Shown here: in pieces, positions 22,267 through 31,967 of the stretch
Position numbering within the stretch: position 1 is the stretch's first letter
Layout of the letters: each line of letters opens with the position of its first letter
The notes under the pieces: model-generated
What the model saw: the letters and a program-made list of their open reading frames with translations, nothing else
Databases searched by the model: none
What the model was told of the DNA's origin: nothing
DNA from: a virus
Length of the DNA stretch: 64,000 nucleotides
Strand: one strand, 5' to 3'
IMG/VR virus record: IMGVR_UViG_3300045988_123629
Made by a program: the position numbers and the translations under genes

Positions 22267-22417
22267 TTTAATTACCTCACTGATTATTAGTAAGATAATA
22301 TCGTAGTTTTTCCCACGAGATTATCTCCGCTAATATTTAACGCTTATTCATTTCAGTTTTTCCTGAAATGTCCTAAATATTAGCGAGACTACCTCGTTAG
22401 CTGCCAACTGGGAAATT

Positions 22418-24202
22418 TTACCAATTCGCAACCCCGCCGATTAGCGGAAAAGTAGGTAAGGGCCAGACTTCCTCGTACCCTTTCATACGTCCCAATTCGA
22501 AAGATCGATTCATAGTTTTTCTGAATGTTTCAAGAGCCGCATCATCTTTGAGATATTTAATATTTGTACCCCAAGTTGCTTTGTAAAGAGGAGGAACCGC
22601 TGCATAAATATAACCTTTTTCAATTAATTCAGGCGCAAACTTCCAAATAAATGTAAGAAACAAAATACGAATATGGCTACCATCAACATCGGCATCCGCT
22701 GTAATAATAATCTTACCATAACGTAATTTGGATTCATCCACAATTACTTTACCATCTTTAACTTCAAGGCCAAAAGCATCAATCATCGCACTAATTTCTT
22801 TATTTCCTAACGCTTTGTGCAAATCTGTCTTTAAAGTATTAAGAATTTTACCTCTTACGGGTAAAACTGCTTGCGTATTGCGGTTGCGAGCTTCTTTAGT
22901 GGGGCCTTCCGCGGAACGACCTTCAACAATAAAAATTTCACATTCACTTCTATTTTTACTATTGGCGTCGCTTAATGTGCCAGGTAAAATAGTTCTTTTT
23001 TTCGTATCAACTTTACGAACGGTTTCTTTAGCCTTTTTCGCTTTTTCGCGTGCCGCACGTGCCAACATTGCCTTATCTACAATAGCTTTAGCATCTTTTG
23101 GATTATTGTCAAGCCAAACTTTTAAATCTTTTGAGACAAGGCGTTGAACAATAGTTCTTGCTTCACTACTGGATAAAACATCTTTGGTTTGACCAGAAAA
23201 AACCGGGTCAGGCATAATAAATGAAAGAACAAGACTTAATCCTTCTTTAAGTTCTTCGCCAGTGATATTAGCATCTTTTTCTTTTAAAAGACCTTTATCA
23301 CGAGCGTATTCATTAATAGAAGTAGTAAGTGCTGTTCTAAAACCGGTTAGATGTGTTCCACCACTATTAGGAATTGAATTAGTATAAAGTTTATAAGTAT
23401 CGCTATAGGTATCATTATACTCCATAGCAATTTTTACACCAATTCTATCTTCAATATTTTCAGTATAAAAAATTGAAGTAAGAGAAGTTTTATTGCTATT
23501 TAAATCTTTAATATAATCAAGAATACCATTTTTTGAAGTAATCTCTTCTTCTGGCTTATCAAGATAAGTAAAATGAAATACCATACCAGGAGAAAGATAA
23601 GCTAATTCTTGAATTTGTTTTCTTAAAGCATCATAATCAAGAAGAATACCTTCTTTAAAAATGCTTTCATCTGGCAAAAATTTAACCCAGGTTCCGGTCT
23701 CTGTACCAGCCCATTTTTCTTCTTGATAATCTTTTAATTTTCCTTTTTCAAAAGACGCAACAGCATGTTTACCATCGCGAAAAGATGCAACTTGAAAATA
23801 ACGAGAAAGAGCGTTAGTGGCTTTAGCGCCAACGCCGTTCATACCGCCAGATGTATTATATCCAGTTTTTCCATTACTGTCAAATTTTGCACCGGTATGA
23901 AGTTTAGTATAAATATTTACCAATGTTTCACTACCGTCTTTAGCTTTTCCAAAAGGAACACCACGTCCATTGTCGCGGATTTCAACATAACCATCTTTAG
24001 ATACTGAAATATCGCAACGAGTACAATGACCATTTAAATATTCATCAACCGCGTTTGAAATAATTTCAAGAGTAATATGTTTAACTCCATCAGGTCCAGT
24101 AGAACCAATATACATACCTGGTCTAAGACGAATTGCTTCTATACCTTCAAGAGTTTTAATATCTTTTACTCCATAAGAATCTAAATTAATTGTCGTTGCC
24201 AT
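22418..24202 (-). CDS. type II DNA topoisomerase subunit B (GyrB/T4 gp39-like ATPase plus toprim)
   Basis: Track ORF of 594 aa with no TAG. It has the GHKL ATPase N-terminus, a toprim segment (EIFIVEGRSAEG) and ADADVDGSHI..PPLYK. Confidence 0.8.
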   Translation of the reverse strand: MATTINLDSYGVKDIKTLEGIEAIRLRPGMYIGSTGPDGVKHITLEIISNAVDEYLNGHCTRCDISVSKDGYVEIRDNGRGVPFGKAKDGSETLVNIYTKLHTGAKFDSNGKTGYNTSGGMNGVGAKATNALSRYFQVASFRDGKHAVASFEKGKLKDYQEEKWAGTETGTWVKFLPDESIFKEGILLDYDALRKQIQELAYLSPGMVFHFTYLDKPEEEITSKNGILDYIKDLNSNKTSLTSIFYTENIEDRIGVKIAMEYNDTYSDTYKLYTNSIPNSGGTHLTGFRTALTTSINEYARDKGLLKEKDANITGEELKEGLSLVLSFIMPDPVFSGQTKDVLSSSEARTIVQRLVSKDLKVWLDNNPKDAKAIVDKAMLARAAREKAKKAKETVRKVDTKKRTILPGTLSDANSKNRSECEIFIVEGRSAEGPTKEARNRNTQAVLPVRGKILNTLKTDLHKALGNKEISAMIDAFGLEVKDGKVIVDESKLRYGKIIITADADVDGSHIRILFLTFIWKFAPELIEKGYIYAAVPPLYKATWGTNIKYLKDDAALETFRKTMNRSFELGRMKGYEEVWPLPTFPLIGGVANW

Positions 24203-24896
24203 CAGATTCCTCCTTAACTTTAGGAATAATTTGATTCAATTTATGACCATAAATTGAATTATTAGCTAATTCTTCTAAATATTGTTTATTATTAACTAAT
24301 TCTTCAATTTGATTTAATTTATAATCATAAACTAAATCATCATATAATTTCTTTAAATATTTTTTATTAAGTAATTCTTCAATAGGAGTTCCATTTTTCC
24401 ATCTAAGAAAAATTACATTAACAAAAGACTTAACAACTGGATGCATTAAGACTTCTTCACGCTTTTTAAGCCACCAATTTAATTCACTTTCTGCATTGAA
24501 TTTGTCTTTCATATAGGCGGCTCCCGCGCCCAAATAATCACAAAGAAGCTCAACGGTATCTTTGTAGGGCATTAATAGTGCTTTTGGATGGCCTACTCCG
24601 CCATCTTTAATATCATCAATCCAATACTCCCAATGATGAGTATTGTGGCCTTTATGATGTTGCCATGCTTTACTAAATCCATTAGCATCTTTACAATTAT
24701 CAATTGGAGAACGATTACCGGTCCAATAGTGAGCGGATTCAATGAATTCAATAGGAGTAAACTTGGATAAATCATGCTTAATACCGCGCCAAGGGATACC
24801 AGCCATTTTACAATATTTAAATACATACTTTTTATGTGTTAAAACAGTATTTAAATGATTAATATAATTACTCATATTTTTTTTCTCCAATAACAT
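24186..24896 (-). CDS. hypothetical protein (236 aa)
   Basis: Track ORF containing a His-rich HNTHHWEYW motif. Function unknown. Confidence 0.3.
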   Translation of the reverse strand: MLLEKKNMSNYINHLNTVLTHKKYVFKYCKMAGIPWRGIKHDLSKFTPIEFIESAHYWTGNRSPIDNCKDANGFSKAWQHHKGHNTHHWEYWIDDIKDGGVGHPKALLMPYKDTVELLCDYLGAGAAYMKDKFNAESELNWWLKKREEVLMHPVVKSFVNVIFLRWKNGTPIEELLNKKYLKKLYDDLVYDYKLNQIEELVNNKQYLEELANNSIYGHKLNQIIPKVKEESDGNDN

Positions 24897-24917
24897 ATTT
24901 CTTTATTTTATAAATAT

Positions 24918-24946
24918 ATTATAACAAAAATATTTTGGAAAGTCAA
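24918..24946 (-). promoter_or_regulatory. promoter P6 (TTGACT-17-TATAAT)
   Basis: Upstream of 24186..24896 and the gyrB-like gene. Confidence 0.5.
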
Positions 24947-25085
24947 AAAATCGTGGCTTAAAATGCCGATTTAAATAAAACTTGACAGAGATAAAAAATT
25001 TTTTGTATAATATATTTAAGAGAAGCGCCCAGAGGTATAAATAAAAAAATTGGATAGTATATAAAATATACTATCCAATTTTATA

Positions 25086-25481
25086 TTAAATACCATAATC
25101 AGTATTTATAGGATCACTATTGTCGCTATAATCGTCTTCGGTATAATAACTCATAGAAGTAGTTTCAGTATTATCTACTGTTGGTGTATTATTTAATTCT
25201 TCTTTATAATTATTGTAAGCTTCATCAAGCTCTTTCATAACTGAAGCATACTTAACGCCATCTTTAGTATTTTCAGCCATTGATTTTTTATAATAGTATA
25301 CTTGGCTCACGCCATATGCCGCCCAAGGAAGACTTGCGCTTGCGGTAAGCCAAGGCAAAGAACCCATATATCCATTATAAATACAATAAAATGCTAAAAC
25401 AATATATGCTAATGTTGAAATCCAAATTAAGGCAGATTCTTGAATTAATAGAGTTTTAGAAAATTCTCTTTTTTGTTTCAT
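25086..25481 (-). CDS. holin-like membrane protein (131 aa)
   Basis: Track ORF with two hydrophobic helices (ALIWISTLAYIVLAFYCIY and SLPWLTASASLPWAAYGV). It lies immediately downstream of the endolysin. Confidence 0.4.
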   Translation of the reverse strand: MKQKREFSKTLLIQESALIWISTLAYIVLAFYCIYNGYMGSLPWLTASASLPWAAYGVSQVYYYKKSMAENTKDGVKYASVMKELDEAYNNYKEELNNTPTVDNTETTSMSYYTEDDYSDNSDPINTDYGI

Positions 25482-25482
25482 A

Positions 25483-26784
25483 TTACACCAATCCTTTATC
25501 TTTCATAATTCTATAAAGAACTACAATCATTTCTTCACGAGTCATAAATTTTTTATACATCTTACGATTTAAATTATCGCCTTTAATATATCCTTTACTT
25601 TCAGCCCAAGTTCTTTCCGTATCAGACCAAGAACTTGCATTTTTTTCGGCTTGTTGATTTAAATAAACTTCCATCATTTCATTAAATTTATCTTGAGTCA
25701 TATCTTCATCCTCCTCATTAATATTTATATTATCACCAATTTTTTGTTTAAATAACTACCATTGGTAATCGCCACTTGTTCTATAATAACTATTCATATC
25801 AGTTCCGCATAATGGACGAGGACATAATTTACCAGTCACATCATAGTGGCGAATAACGTGGTCCGCAGGTATATTGTATTTCTACATTAATTGTTTTACT
25901 AATTGTATTGTATTTTCTAATGCTCTTGGATCAAAATACCAATCAGTATCACTAGCTACAATATTAGATTTGTTTATTTTACAAGGTCTTACTTCAATTC
26001 CAATAGAATTAGCATTTCTACATTCAGGATGTTTATACCCTTTTCTTGTGCCACAGTGCCAAGCAATATCTTCATCTTTAACACTACGATAAATAATATC
26101 TTTTTCATCAACGCAATAATGAGCTGATGATTTAGCAACAGGATTTTTAAAATAATTACTAATATTTTTTGCCGTCCCCAAAGAACCAAAATAATGTATT
26201 ACAATATATTTTATTTTTCTATTATTACCTTTTTGATAATTAGATGTTGTTAAATTATCTACAATTTTCATATCTTCACCTTTTCCTATAAATTGATCGT
26301 ATATTTCAACTCCATAATACAATCTCTACTATTGGATTTTTAAATTCTAATCTTTTGGTCGCTCAAACTATGTTAAGACTATATTTGAAGCAGTCTATAT
26401 ATCTTTACAATTTATTAAAGTATTCCAAACGGTAGGATAATATGTAGAAAGTTGATAAATTAAAAATTCAAGTTGTGTATTTAAGTTTCCTATTGAAGTA
26501 TTCTTCTTTTTTGTAAAATCATATAACTGTTTTTTAAGGCTCCAATAGGTCCATTGAGCTAAACCATACCCAGCTTTATCATAAATAAAATTAGTATATT
26601 TACCATTATCTACTTGTTTTGTATACTATTCATCATTTAATCCAAGTGTCTTTTCAAAACTATTTTGAAGATTTCTTGAATTAAAATTTGATTCAGCTTT
26701 TAAGTTTCCCATTAGTCCGGCCGTTCCATAAGGGTTTTTTATTTGTTTATACAAATAATTCCAAACTATTTCAATGTTAGTCAT
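25483..26784 (-). CDS. endolysin with a lysozyme-like N-terminal domain and an amidase_2/PGRP C-terminal domain (433 aa); eight in-frame TAGs including a tandem TAG-TAG
   Basis: ATG at 26784 with an AAAGGAGG RBS. The N-terminal domain (GLMGNLKAESNFNSRNLQ..GYGLAQWTYW) leads on into track ORFs 25882..26322 (amidase_2: AWHCG..SIGIE) and 25483..25701, all in one frame. The segment DHVIRHYDVTGKLCPRP completes the amidase motif. Confidence 0.65.
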
Positions 26785-26803
26785 ATTATCCTCCTTTCTA
26801 TAA

Positions 26804-26834
26804 AATAAAAAAAGAAAGAGAAGAAGTAAATCTT
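26804..26834 (-). terminator. terminator hairpin downstream of phoH
   Basis: Reads agaaagagaag-aagtaaat-cttctctttct. Confidence 0.45.
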
Positions 26835-26847
26835 CTCTTTCTTATAA

Positions 26848-28110
26848 TTACATATGTTCAGCTAATGCCGCAATTTTAGAACGATGAATTTGTTTTAATT
26901 CAATTTCACCATATACATCTGATCCTCTAAATACTTTAGAAGCACGACGCATACCATTATTGGCTCCAGCAAAAGCAATATCATCAACTTGGGTTTTATC
27001 ATCGCCATCAATGATACAAATACCATCTTCACCAATACGCTGCAAGGTCAATTTCATAAGCGAAATATCCATATTTTGTGCTTCAGAAATATAAATACCT
27101 GCTTTCATTCCAGTAGTATCATAACCACGGATATCGCTTAATGGTAAAAGAACTAATTGTTCATTTTCAATCATGCGTTCAACAGCTAAGCGACCACCAA
27201 ATTTACTAATTAAAAGATTGCCAATTTGGCTATCAAGTAATTTTTCATCTCGAGTGCCAGGATAAAAACCTAATTTTGCAGAATTTTTAGTGGCAATCGT
27301 ATTACAAAATACAATGATTTTATCAATACGTCCACGTTCAAATTGATTCATTAAGAAGGCTAAACTTAAATAAGTTTTACCTGAACCCGCAGGACCACGA
27401 ACCATAGTAATAGTATTATTAATAAGACTATCTGCGAATAAAGCTTGATAAGGGTCATCTTTCATAGGTTTTACTTTTCCAAATTGAGTAGAATCAAAAT
27501 TACCAAATGAAATAGGACGATAACCATCACCAGTATAACATACTTTATCAACGATATTATTATCTTTATCTTTTATAATTAAATATTCATTAATATGTAA
27601 ATTATAAACATTTTCGTATTGGTTAGAATAGAAATCAGCCATTTCCGCGTTTGACATTGTAATTTCTACATATCCCTTATACTCATCAATTAATTCTTCA
27701 TCTATGCTTTGAATATGATCTTTGTCAAAGAAAAGATTTGCCATTGCTTTTAATGATAAATCATTAGTGATAAATATAGTATTTGGATGGGCTAATTTAA
27801 ATTCAATTGCGGTAGATAAAATTTTACTATCATCAGTAATTGGAAGGTTAGAATCTTCAATTATTTTTAATCCATCTAATTTAAATAGTTGGATAATATA
27901 ATTATCAGGGTTTTCATTCAATTTATGTAATACTTTACGAGCTGAATATTTAACATCAGCATCTTTATTTGATGATGTTTTTATATTTTCTAATTCTTTT
28001 AAGGTAATAGAAGATATAATAGGTGTATATTCTTCCTCTTGGAGAAATGTATCAACCGCCATCAGCAAACTACAAGTATCATAAAATTTATACATCTTCG
28101 TACTCATCAT
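26848..28110 (-). CDS. phoH: PhoH-like ATPase with N-terminal PIN-like domain
   Basis: Track ORF of 420 aa containing MVRGPAGSGKTYLSLA (Walker A) and a PhoH core. No TAG. Confidence 0.7.
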   Translation of the reverse strand: MMSTKMYKFYDTCSLLMAVDTFLQEEEYTPIISSITLKELENIKTSSNKDADVKYSARKVLHKLNENPDNYIIQLFKLDGLKIIEDSNLPITDDSKILSTAIEFKLAHPNTIFITNDLSLKAMANLFFDKDHIQSIDEELIDEYKGYVEITMSNAEMADFYSNQYENVYNLHINEYLIIKDKDNNIVDKVCYTGDGYRPISFGNFDSTQFGKVKPMKDDPYQALFADSLINNTITMVRGPAGSGKTYLSLAFLMNQFERGRIDKIIVFCNTIATKNSAKLGFYPGTRDEKLLDSQIGNLLISKFGGRLAVERMIENEQLVLLPLSDIRGYDTTGMKAGIYISEAQNMDISLMKLTLQRIGEDGICIIDGDDKTQVDDIAFAGANNGMRRASKVFRGSDVYGEIELKQIHRSKIAALAEHM

Positions 28111-28333
28111 CTTCTTCCTCTTCTATGTTTGGTATAGCAAATCCGACTGTATGAACTGAAGTTTTTGTATCGGTTGCTAATTTTTCGATTTGGGAATTAT
28201 ACTCTGCTATTTTTAGAGTTAATTTTCCCTTTACCAATTCGAGAAAAGTTGTCAATAAACTAACTAAACTATCTCCTATTGGGTATAAAAATGCGATAAA
28301 TATTATTCCGAATATAAATGTTAAAATAAATAT
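28088..28333 (-). CDS. small membrane protein (81 aa) with no canonical start codon
   Basis: The frame is open from the TGA at 28336-28334 to a TAA at 28090-28088. The hydrophobic N-terminus reads IFILTFIFGIIFIAFLYPIG. Just upstream, in frame, is ATG-AAA-GGG-TGA. Confidence 0.3.
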   Translation of the reverse strand: MFILTFIFGIIFIAFLYPIGDSLVSLLTTFLELVKGKLTLKIAEYNSQIEKLATDTKTSVHTVGFAIPNIEEEEDDEYEDV

Positions 28334-28401
28334 TCACCCTTTCATTAGGGATTTGAAGATTTTACCTCTTAACATTTATAAAAATTTATATATTTTTATT
28401 T

Positions 28402-28839
28402 TTAATTCTTGGCCTCATTACGATGTTTACGAATACTTTGGTAAAATTTATCTTTTTCTTTTATGATATAATTTAATTCTTCTTTAGCATTTTTAATAGA
28501 GTCATTTACATATTCAATGTCTTCTTGTTTTTGGCGGATTTGTCGTTGAAGCATTTTATTTTCATAAGATCTAGGATTAAAATATTTGCTTCTATTCATT
28601 GAATAATATAATTGATTTAAAGCTCCAAGTTGAATTTTTAATTCTTTTTTGTATGCTTGTAAAACTTTGATATAAGCTCTTCTATAAGCAAAATTACATC
28701 CAGTTTTCTCATTTGCCATATCCATATCATCAGGATGACATTTAGCGATACCATAAATAATATTACCATCTTTGTCTTCAATTAAACAAGAAGCTTCGCC
28801 TGATTCAGGATTATAACTAAATAAAGGTTCTTTTTTCAA
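28402..28839 (-). CDS. hypothetical protein (145 aa)
   Basis: Track ORF with a hairpin terminator downstream. Confidence 0.35.
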   Translation of the reverse strand: MKKEPLFSYNPESGEASCLIEDKDGNIIYGIAKCHPDDMDMANEKTGCNFAYRRAYIKVLQAYKKELKIQLGALNQLYYSMNRSKYFNPRSYENKMLQRQIRQKQEDIEYVNDSIKNAKEELNYIIKEKDKFYQSIRKHRNEAKN

Positions 28840-28918
28840 AGTAGTAGAACTCCTTTCTATCTATTTCTATAAATATATTAACATAAAAATTATTAAAAAG
28901 CAAAAAAATAAAGGCGAA

Positions 28919-28947
28919 AGTGTAATACTTTCGCCTTTATTTTAATT
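28919..28947 (-). terminator. terminator hairpin at the end of the rSAM/Cys-rich operon
   Basis: Reads aaaggcgaaagt-gtaat-actttcgccttt, flanked by A/T runs on both sides (bidirectional). Confidence 0.5.
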
Positions 28948-30234
28948 CAATAATTCATCTATCCACTCTTGTTTCATATTATTCGGAAATTCTTCGTCTA
29001 TATTATGTTTTTTATAATATTTATTCCAAAATTCAATGTTGGCAAGAGCGCGAGCTTTATGCATAGGACAAATATAAGTAACTCTTTTATTAAGAATTCC
29101 AGTATCTTGATAATTATATGCTTGACACCAAGCGCAACCAGTAGCGATAGGACATTCACGACATTCATCAGAAGATTGAGTATAAGAATTAATTGCTTTT
29201 AATTCTTTTGTTAATTGTTTTTGTTTTTCTGTTGTTGCTATTTCATTTTTATTTACATTTCCTATAATAAGAGGTGGGACGGAATCGCCCAGAGCATCTT
29301 CCATATATCGTAAGCAGGGGTATAAATTACCAGTATAATTCATAGCAATCATACTTCCATTTCCGCCGCACCAATTCTATAGATCATCTTTATTAGTCCA
29401 ATCTTTTGGTCTAAATAATTTCAAATCTGGATATTCAAAAAATGAAATATATACATCTTCTTCTAAATTATTATCAAGGAGATATTGTCCTAATTCTTGT
29501 AATTGTTTATAGTAAATTTTGGCGTGTTCTAAAGTCCAACCTTTTTCAAAAATTACATTCCCTAATATAGAAGTAAATCCTATATCTAAAAGAGCTTTTA
29601 CGGCATCATTTAAATACATAACATTATCAGGAGATAAAGTAATTTTTGAGCAGGGATATTCTCCAGTTTTTTCTCGCCAGTCTTTTATCGCTTTTACTAC
29701 AATATCATAACTACCAGAGCCATCAGGAAATTTTCTACAAGCATCATGCAATTCTTTATTACCATCAATACTAATAGAAACAGATAGCCATTGCTTATAT
29801 TTATCTAAAAATTTTTGTACTTTTGGATCAAAATATAATGTTCCATTAGTACAAATTAAAAATCTTGTAAAATAAATTAATGGACTGTTCATTTCAATTA
29901 ATTTAGAAATTGTATAATCCATTACTTTATCTATTAAATCTAAATTTAAAAAAGGTTCTCCACCAATAAAATCAAAGACTAAACCTATAATATTATCTGG
30001 GTCAAAGTAATCATTTTTCTAAGGATTTACTATTAACATATCAATATATTTTTTAGCTGTTTCAAAATCCATTAAATGATTTTTTTTACAAGTTTGATAA
30101 CAATAACTACATCTTAAATTACAAGCGTCAGTGACCTGTAAAGTTATATCAAAAACTTTATCGCTTTCATTTTTCCATAGTTCTGGATATAATCTTTGAA
30201 TTGTATCACTATACTATTCGAATTTACGTCTCAT
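28942..30234 (-). CDS. radical SAM enzyme with C-terminal SPASM domain (430 aa) with three in-frame TAGs
   Basis: ATG at 30234 overlaps the upstream stop (ATGA). The N-terminus holds the CxxxCxxC motif (TDACNLRCSYCY). The C-terminus has a Cys-rich SPASM-like region (NWCGGNG...CRECPIATGCAWCQ...YICPMH). Track ORFs 29377..29922 and 28942..29352 are in frame and joined through TAGs. Confidence 0.7.
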
Positions 30235-30539
30235 TCAGCATTATCATTAATTGTTATTGTAATAATTTTTGCTTGGAAGTCAATACTCCAATAGGCATTA
30301 TTACCATATTTTTCTAAATCATAATATTTTCCAACTTTATTTCTAATTTTATCATATTCAATAAATTTTTCAACGTATTCTTGATGATATCTTTTATAAT
30401 TATCAGTATCCATATTATTAAATGAAGTGCTATTCATCATATAAGTAATAATACTTTGACGAGCAAGAAGATCTTGATAAGCTCGTTCTAATTTATCATT
30501 TAATTCTACATTATTAGCATTTACTGTAATTGTTTTCAT
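30231..30539 (-). CDS. hypothetical protein (102 aa) between the Cys-rich protein and the rSAM enzyme
   Basis: Track ORF. A possible accessory or recognition protein. Confidence 0.4.
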   Translation of the reverse strand: MKTITVNANNVELNDKLERAYQDLLARQSIITYMMNSTSFNNMDTDNYKRYHQEYVEKFIEYDKIRNKVGKYYDLEKYGNNAYWSIDFQAKIITITINDNAE

Positions 30540-30565
30540 TATTTTTCTCCTTTTTATCTTATAAA

Positions 30566-31270
30566 TTAACTTTTTAAAATTTTAGAATATAAAGACTTTA
30601 AAGCAGTAATTGCTTTCTGCATTTCAGATTTAGTACAGACATTTCCATTATAAGAAGTGTTCTACATTTTAGAAATATTTGTGAATATTTCATTTTTTAA
30701 GTTTGTATTAACTTTACTGTTAGAAGAAACTTTTGTAGGTAAAGTACTATATCCACGTCTAGATAATTCTTTATTTAACATAGTATAAATATTTGCAATA
30801 TCAGCAGCATATAAAACGATTCTTAAATTAATAGAATTATAAAGATTTACATTAGCTGAAGTGGTACATCCATTATCGCAGCCTCCCGTACAATTGCCAG
30901 TACAAGCAGAACAGTCATGCCTACAACTAGCACTGCATCCAACACATCCGCCAGAACAGCTTCCACTACAATCGGTGCGACAACTAGCACTGCATCCAAC
31001 ACATCCGCCAGAACAGCTTCCACTACAATCGGTACTGCAAGAACTGCCACATCCAGAGCAACCTCCATCACATCCGCCTGAACAACTATTACTACAAACT
31101 CCTCCGCATCCGGAGCAACTTCCATCACAGTCTCCTCTACAACTTCCTTGGCATTGGCTAGTGCCGCAAGTTTCACACATAGAACAATTACCGCCACAAC
31201 CATGGTCACATCCATTACTACAGCTTACAAAGCAAGTTCCGACACAACCCTATGTAGTACAATTAGCCAT
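30566..31270 (-). CDS. Cys-rich tandem-repeat protein (234 aa) with two in-frame TAGs
   Basis: ATG at 31270 with an AAGGAGG RBS. The N-terminal 150 aa are dominated by C-x2-3-C spacing, including two near-identical 19-aa repeats (DCSGSCSGGCVGCSASCR[T/H]). The C-terminal roughly 85 aa contain no Cys. Track ORF 30662..31180 is the core and ends at a TAG. Confidence 0.6.
30924..31037 (-). repeat. tandem direct repeat, 57 nt x 2, inside the Cys-rich gene
   Basis: The 57-nt unit caactagcactgcatccaacacatccgccagaacagcttccactacaatcggt(gcga) appears twice in tandem. Confidence 0.6.
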
Positions 31271-31284
31271 ATGTTATGTCCTCC

Positions 31285-31737
31285 TTACATTAAATTTTTT
31301 ACAATATTTTCTAATTCATCTAATTTGTTAAATAATTGATATTTAATAAATATGCTACTTAATAAAGAATAATATCTTAAAGAATTATTTTCTTTTATTT
31401 TATAATTCTTAAAGAATTCTATATTATTTTCTTTTGTGTCTGAATCTAACTTTACTTCTAAAAATAGATAATCAATAGCAGTTAAAACTTGAGTATTATT
31501 TTTTAGATAACTAATTTTATTAATGAAATCTTGTAATTTGTCAATCTATTCTAAATTTCTAAGATTTTCAAAATTTTGAATATTATAAAAAATTATTGCA
31601 ATAGTTTCTTGATATTCGATATCAGAAATTTCATTTAACTATAAAATCAATTCATTGTCATCAAATAAAATACCATTTTCTAACTCTTTAGAAACTTTAA
31701 TTTTTAAAAGTAAAACATCTTTTTCGGATAGAGACAT
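31285..31737 (-). CDS. hypothetical protein (150 aa) with two in-frame TAGs; first gene of the operon
   Basis: ATG at 31737 with an AAGGA RBS. Promoter P7 is upstream. Its TAA stop overlaps the RBS of the Cys-rich gene. Confidence 0.45.
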
Positions 31738-31762
31738 TTTATTCATCCTTTCTTTAATATAA

Positions 31763-31790
31763 ATTATAGCAAAATTTTTTTGATTTTGCA
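31763..31790 (-). promoter_or_regulatory. promoter P7 (TTGCAA-16-TATAAT) for the rSAM/Cys-rich operon
   Basis: Sits immediately upstream of 31737 and downstream of the flotillin terminator. Confidence 0.45.
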
Positions 31791-31931
31791 AATTTTTTAT
31801 TTACCTAATTTATTTATAAATATTGGGTTTATTTTTAATGAGAAATGGCCTTTTAGGTTTTTGCTAAAAAAATTTCTATGGGTGTGAACAATTGGAATTA
31901 CGGCCGATCGCGTTGATCAGGGATAAAAAAA

Positions 31932-31960
31932 ATAGACACTATGAAATAATCATAGTGTCT
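31932..31960 (-). terminator. terminator hairpin downstream of the flotillin gene
   Basis: Reads tagacactatg-aaataat-catagtgtcta. Confidence 0.5.
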
Positions 31961-31967
31961 ACTTAAA

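Noticed and set aside
22003-22417. The gap after the gyrB-like gene read as a gene-60-style translational bypass or a split topoisomerase.
   Set aside because: The gyrB-like ORF ends cleanly with TAA after the PPLYK region. The gap is fully explained by a freestanding GIY-YIG endonuclease gene read with TAG as sense.
30847-31215. Alternative-frame ORFs (30847..31215 minus, 30861..31331 plus, 31148..31339 plus) across the Cys-repeat region.
   Set aside because: They are generated by the 57-nt tandem repeat and the GC-rich Cys/Gly codons. The frame with the RBS, the ATG and the Cys-lattice translation is the real one.
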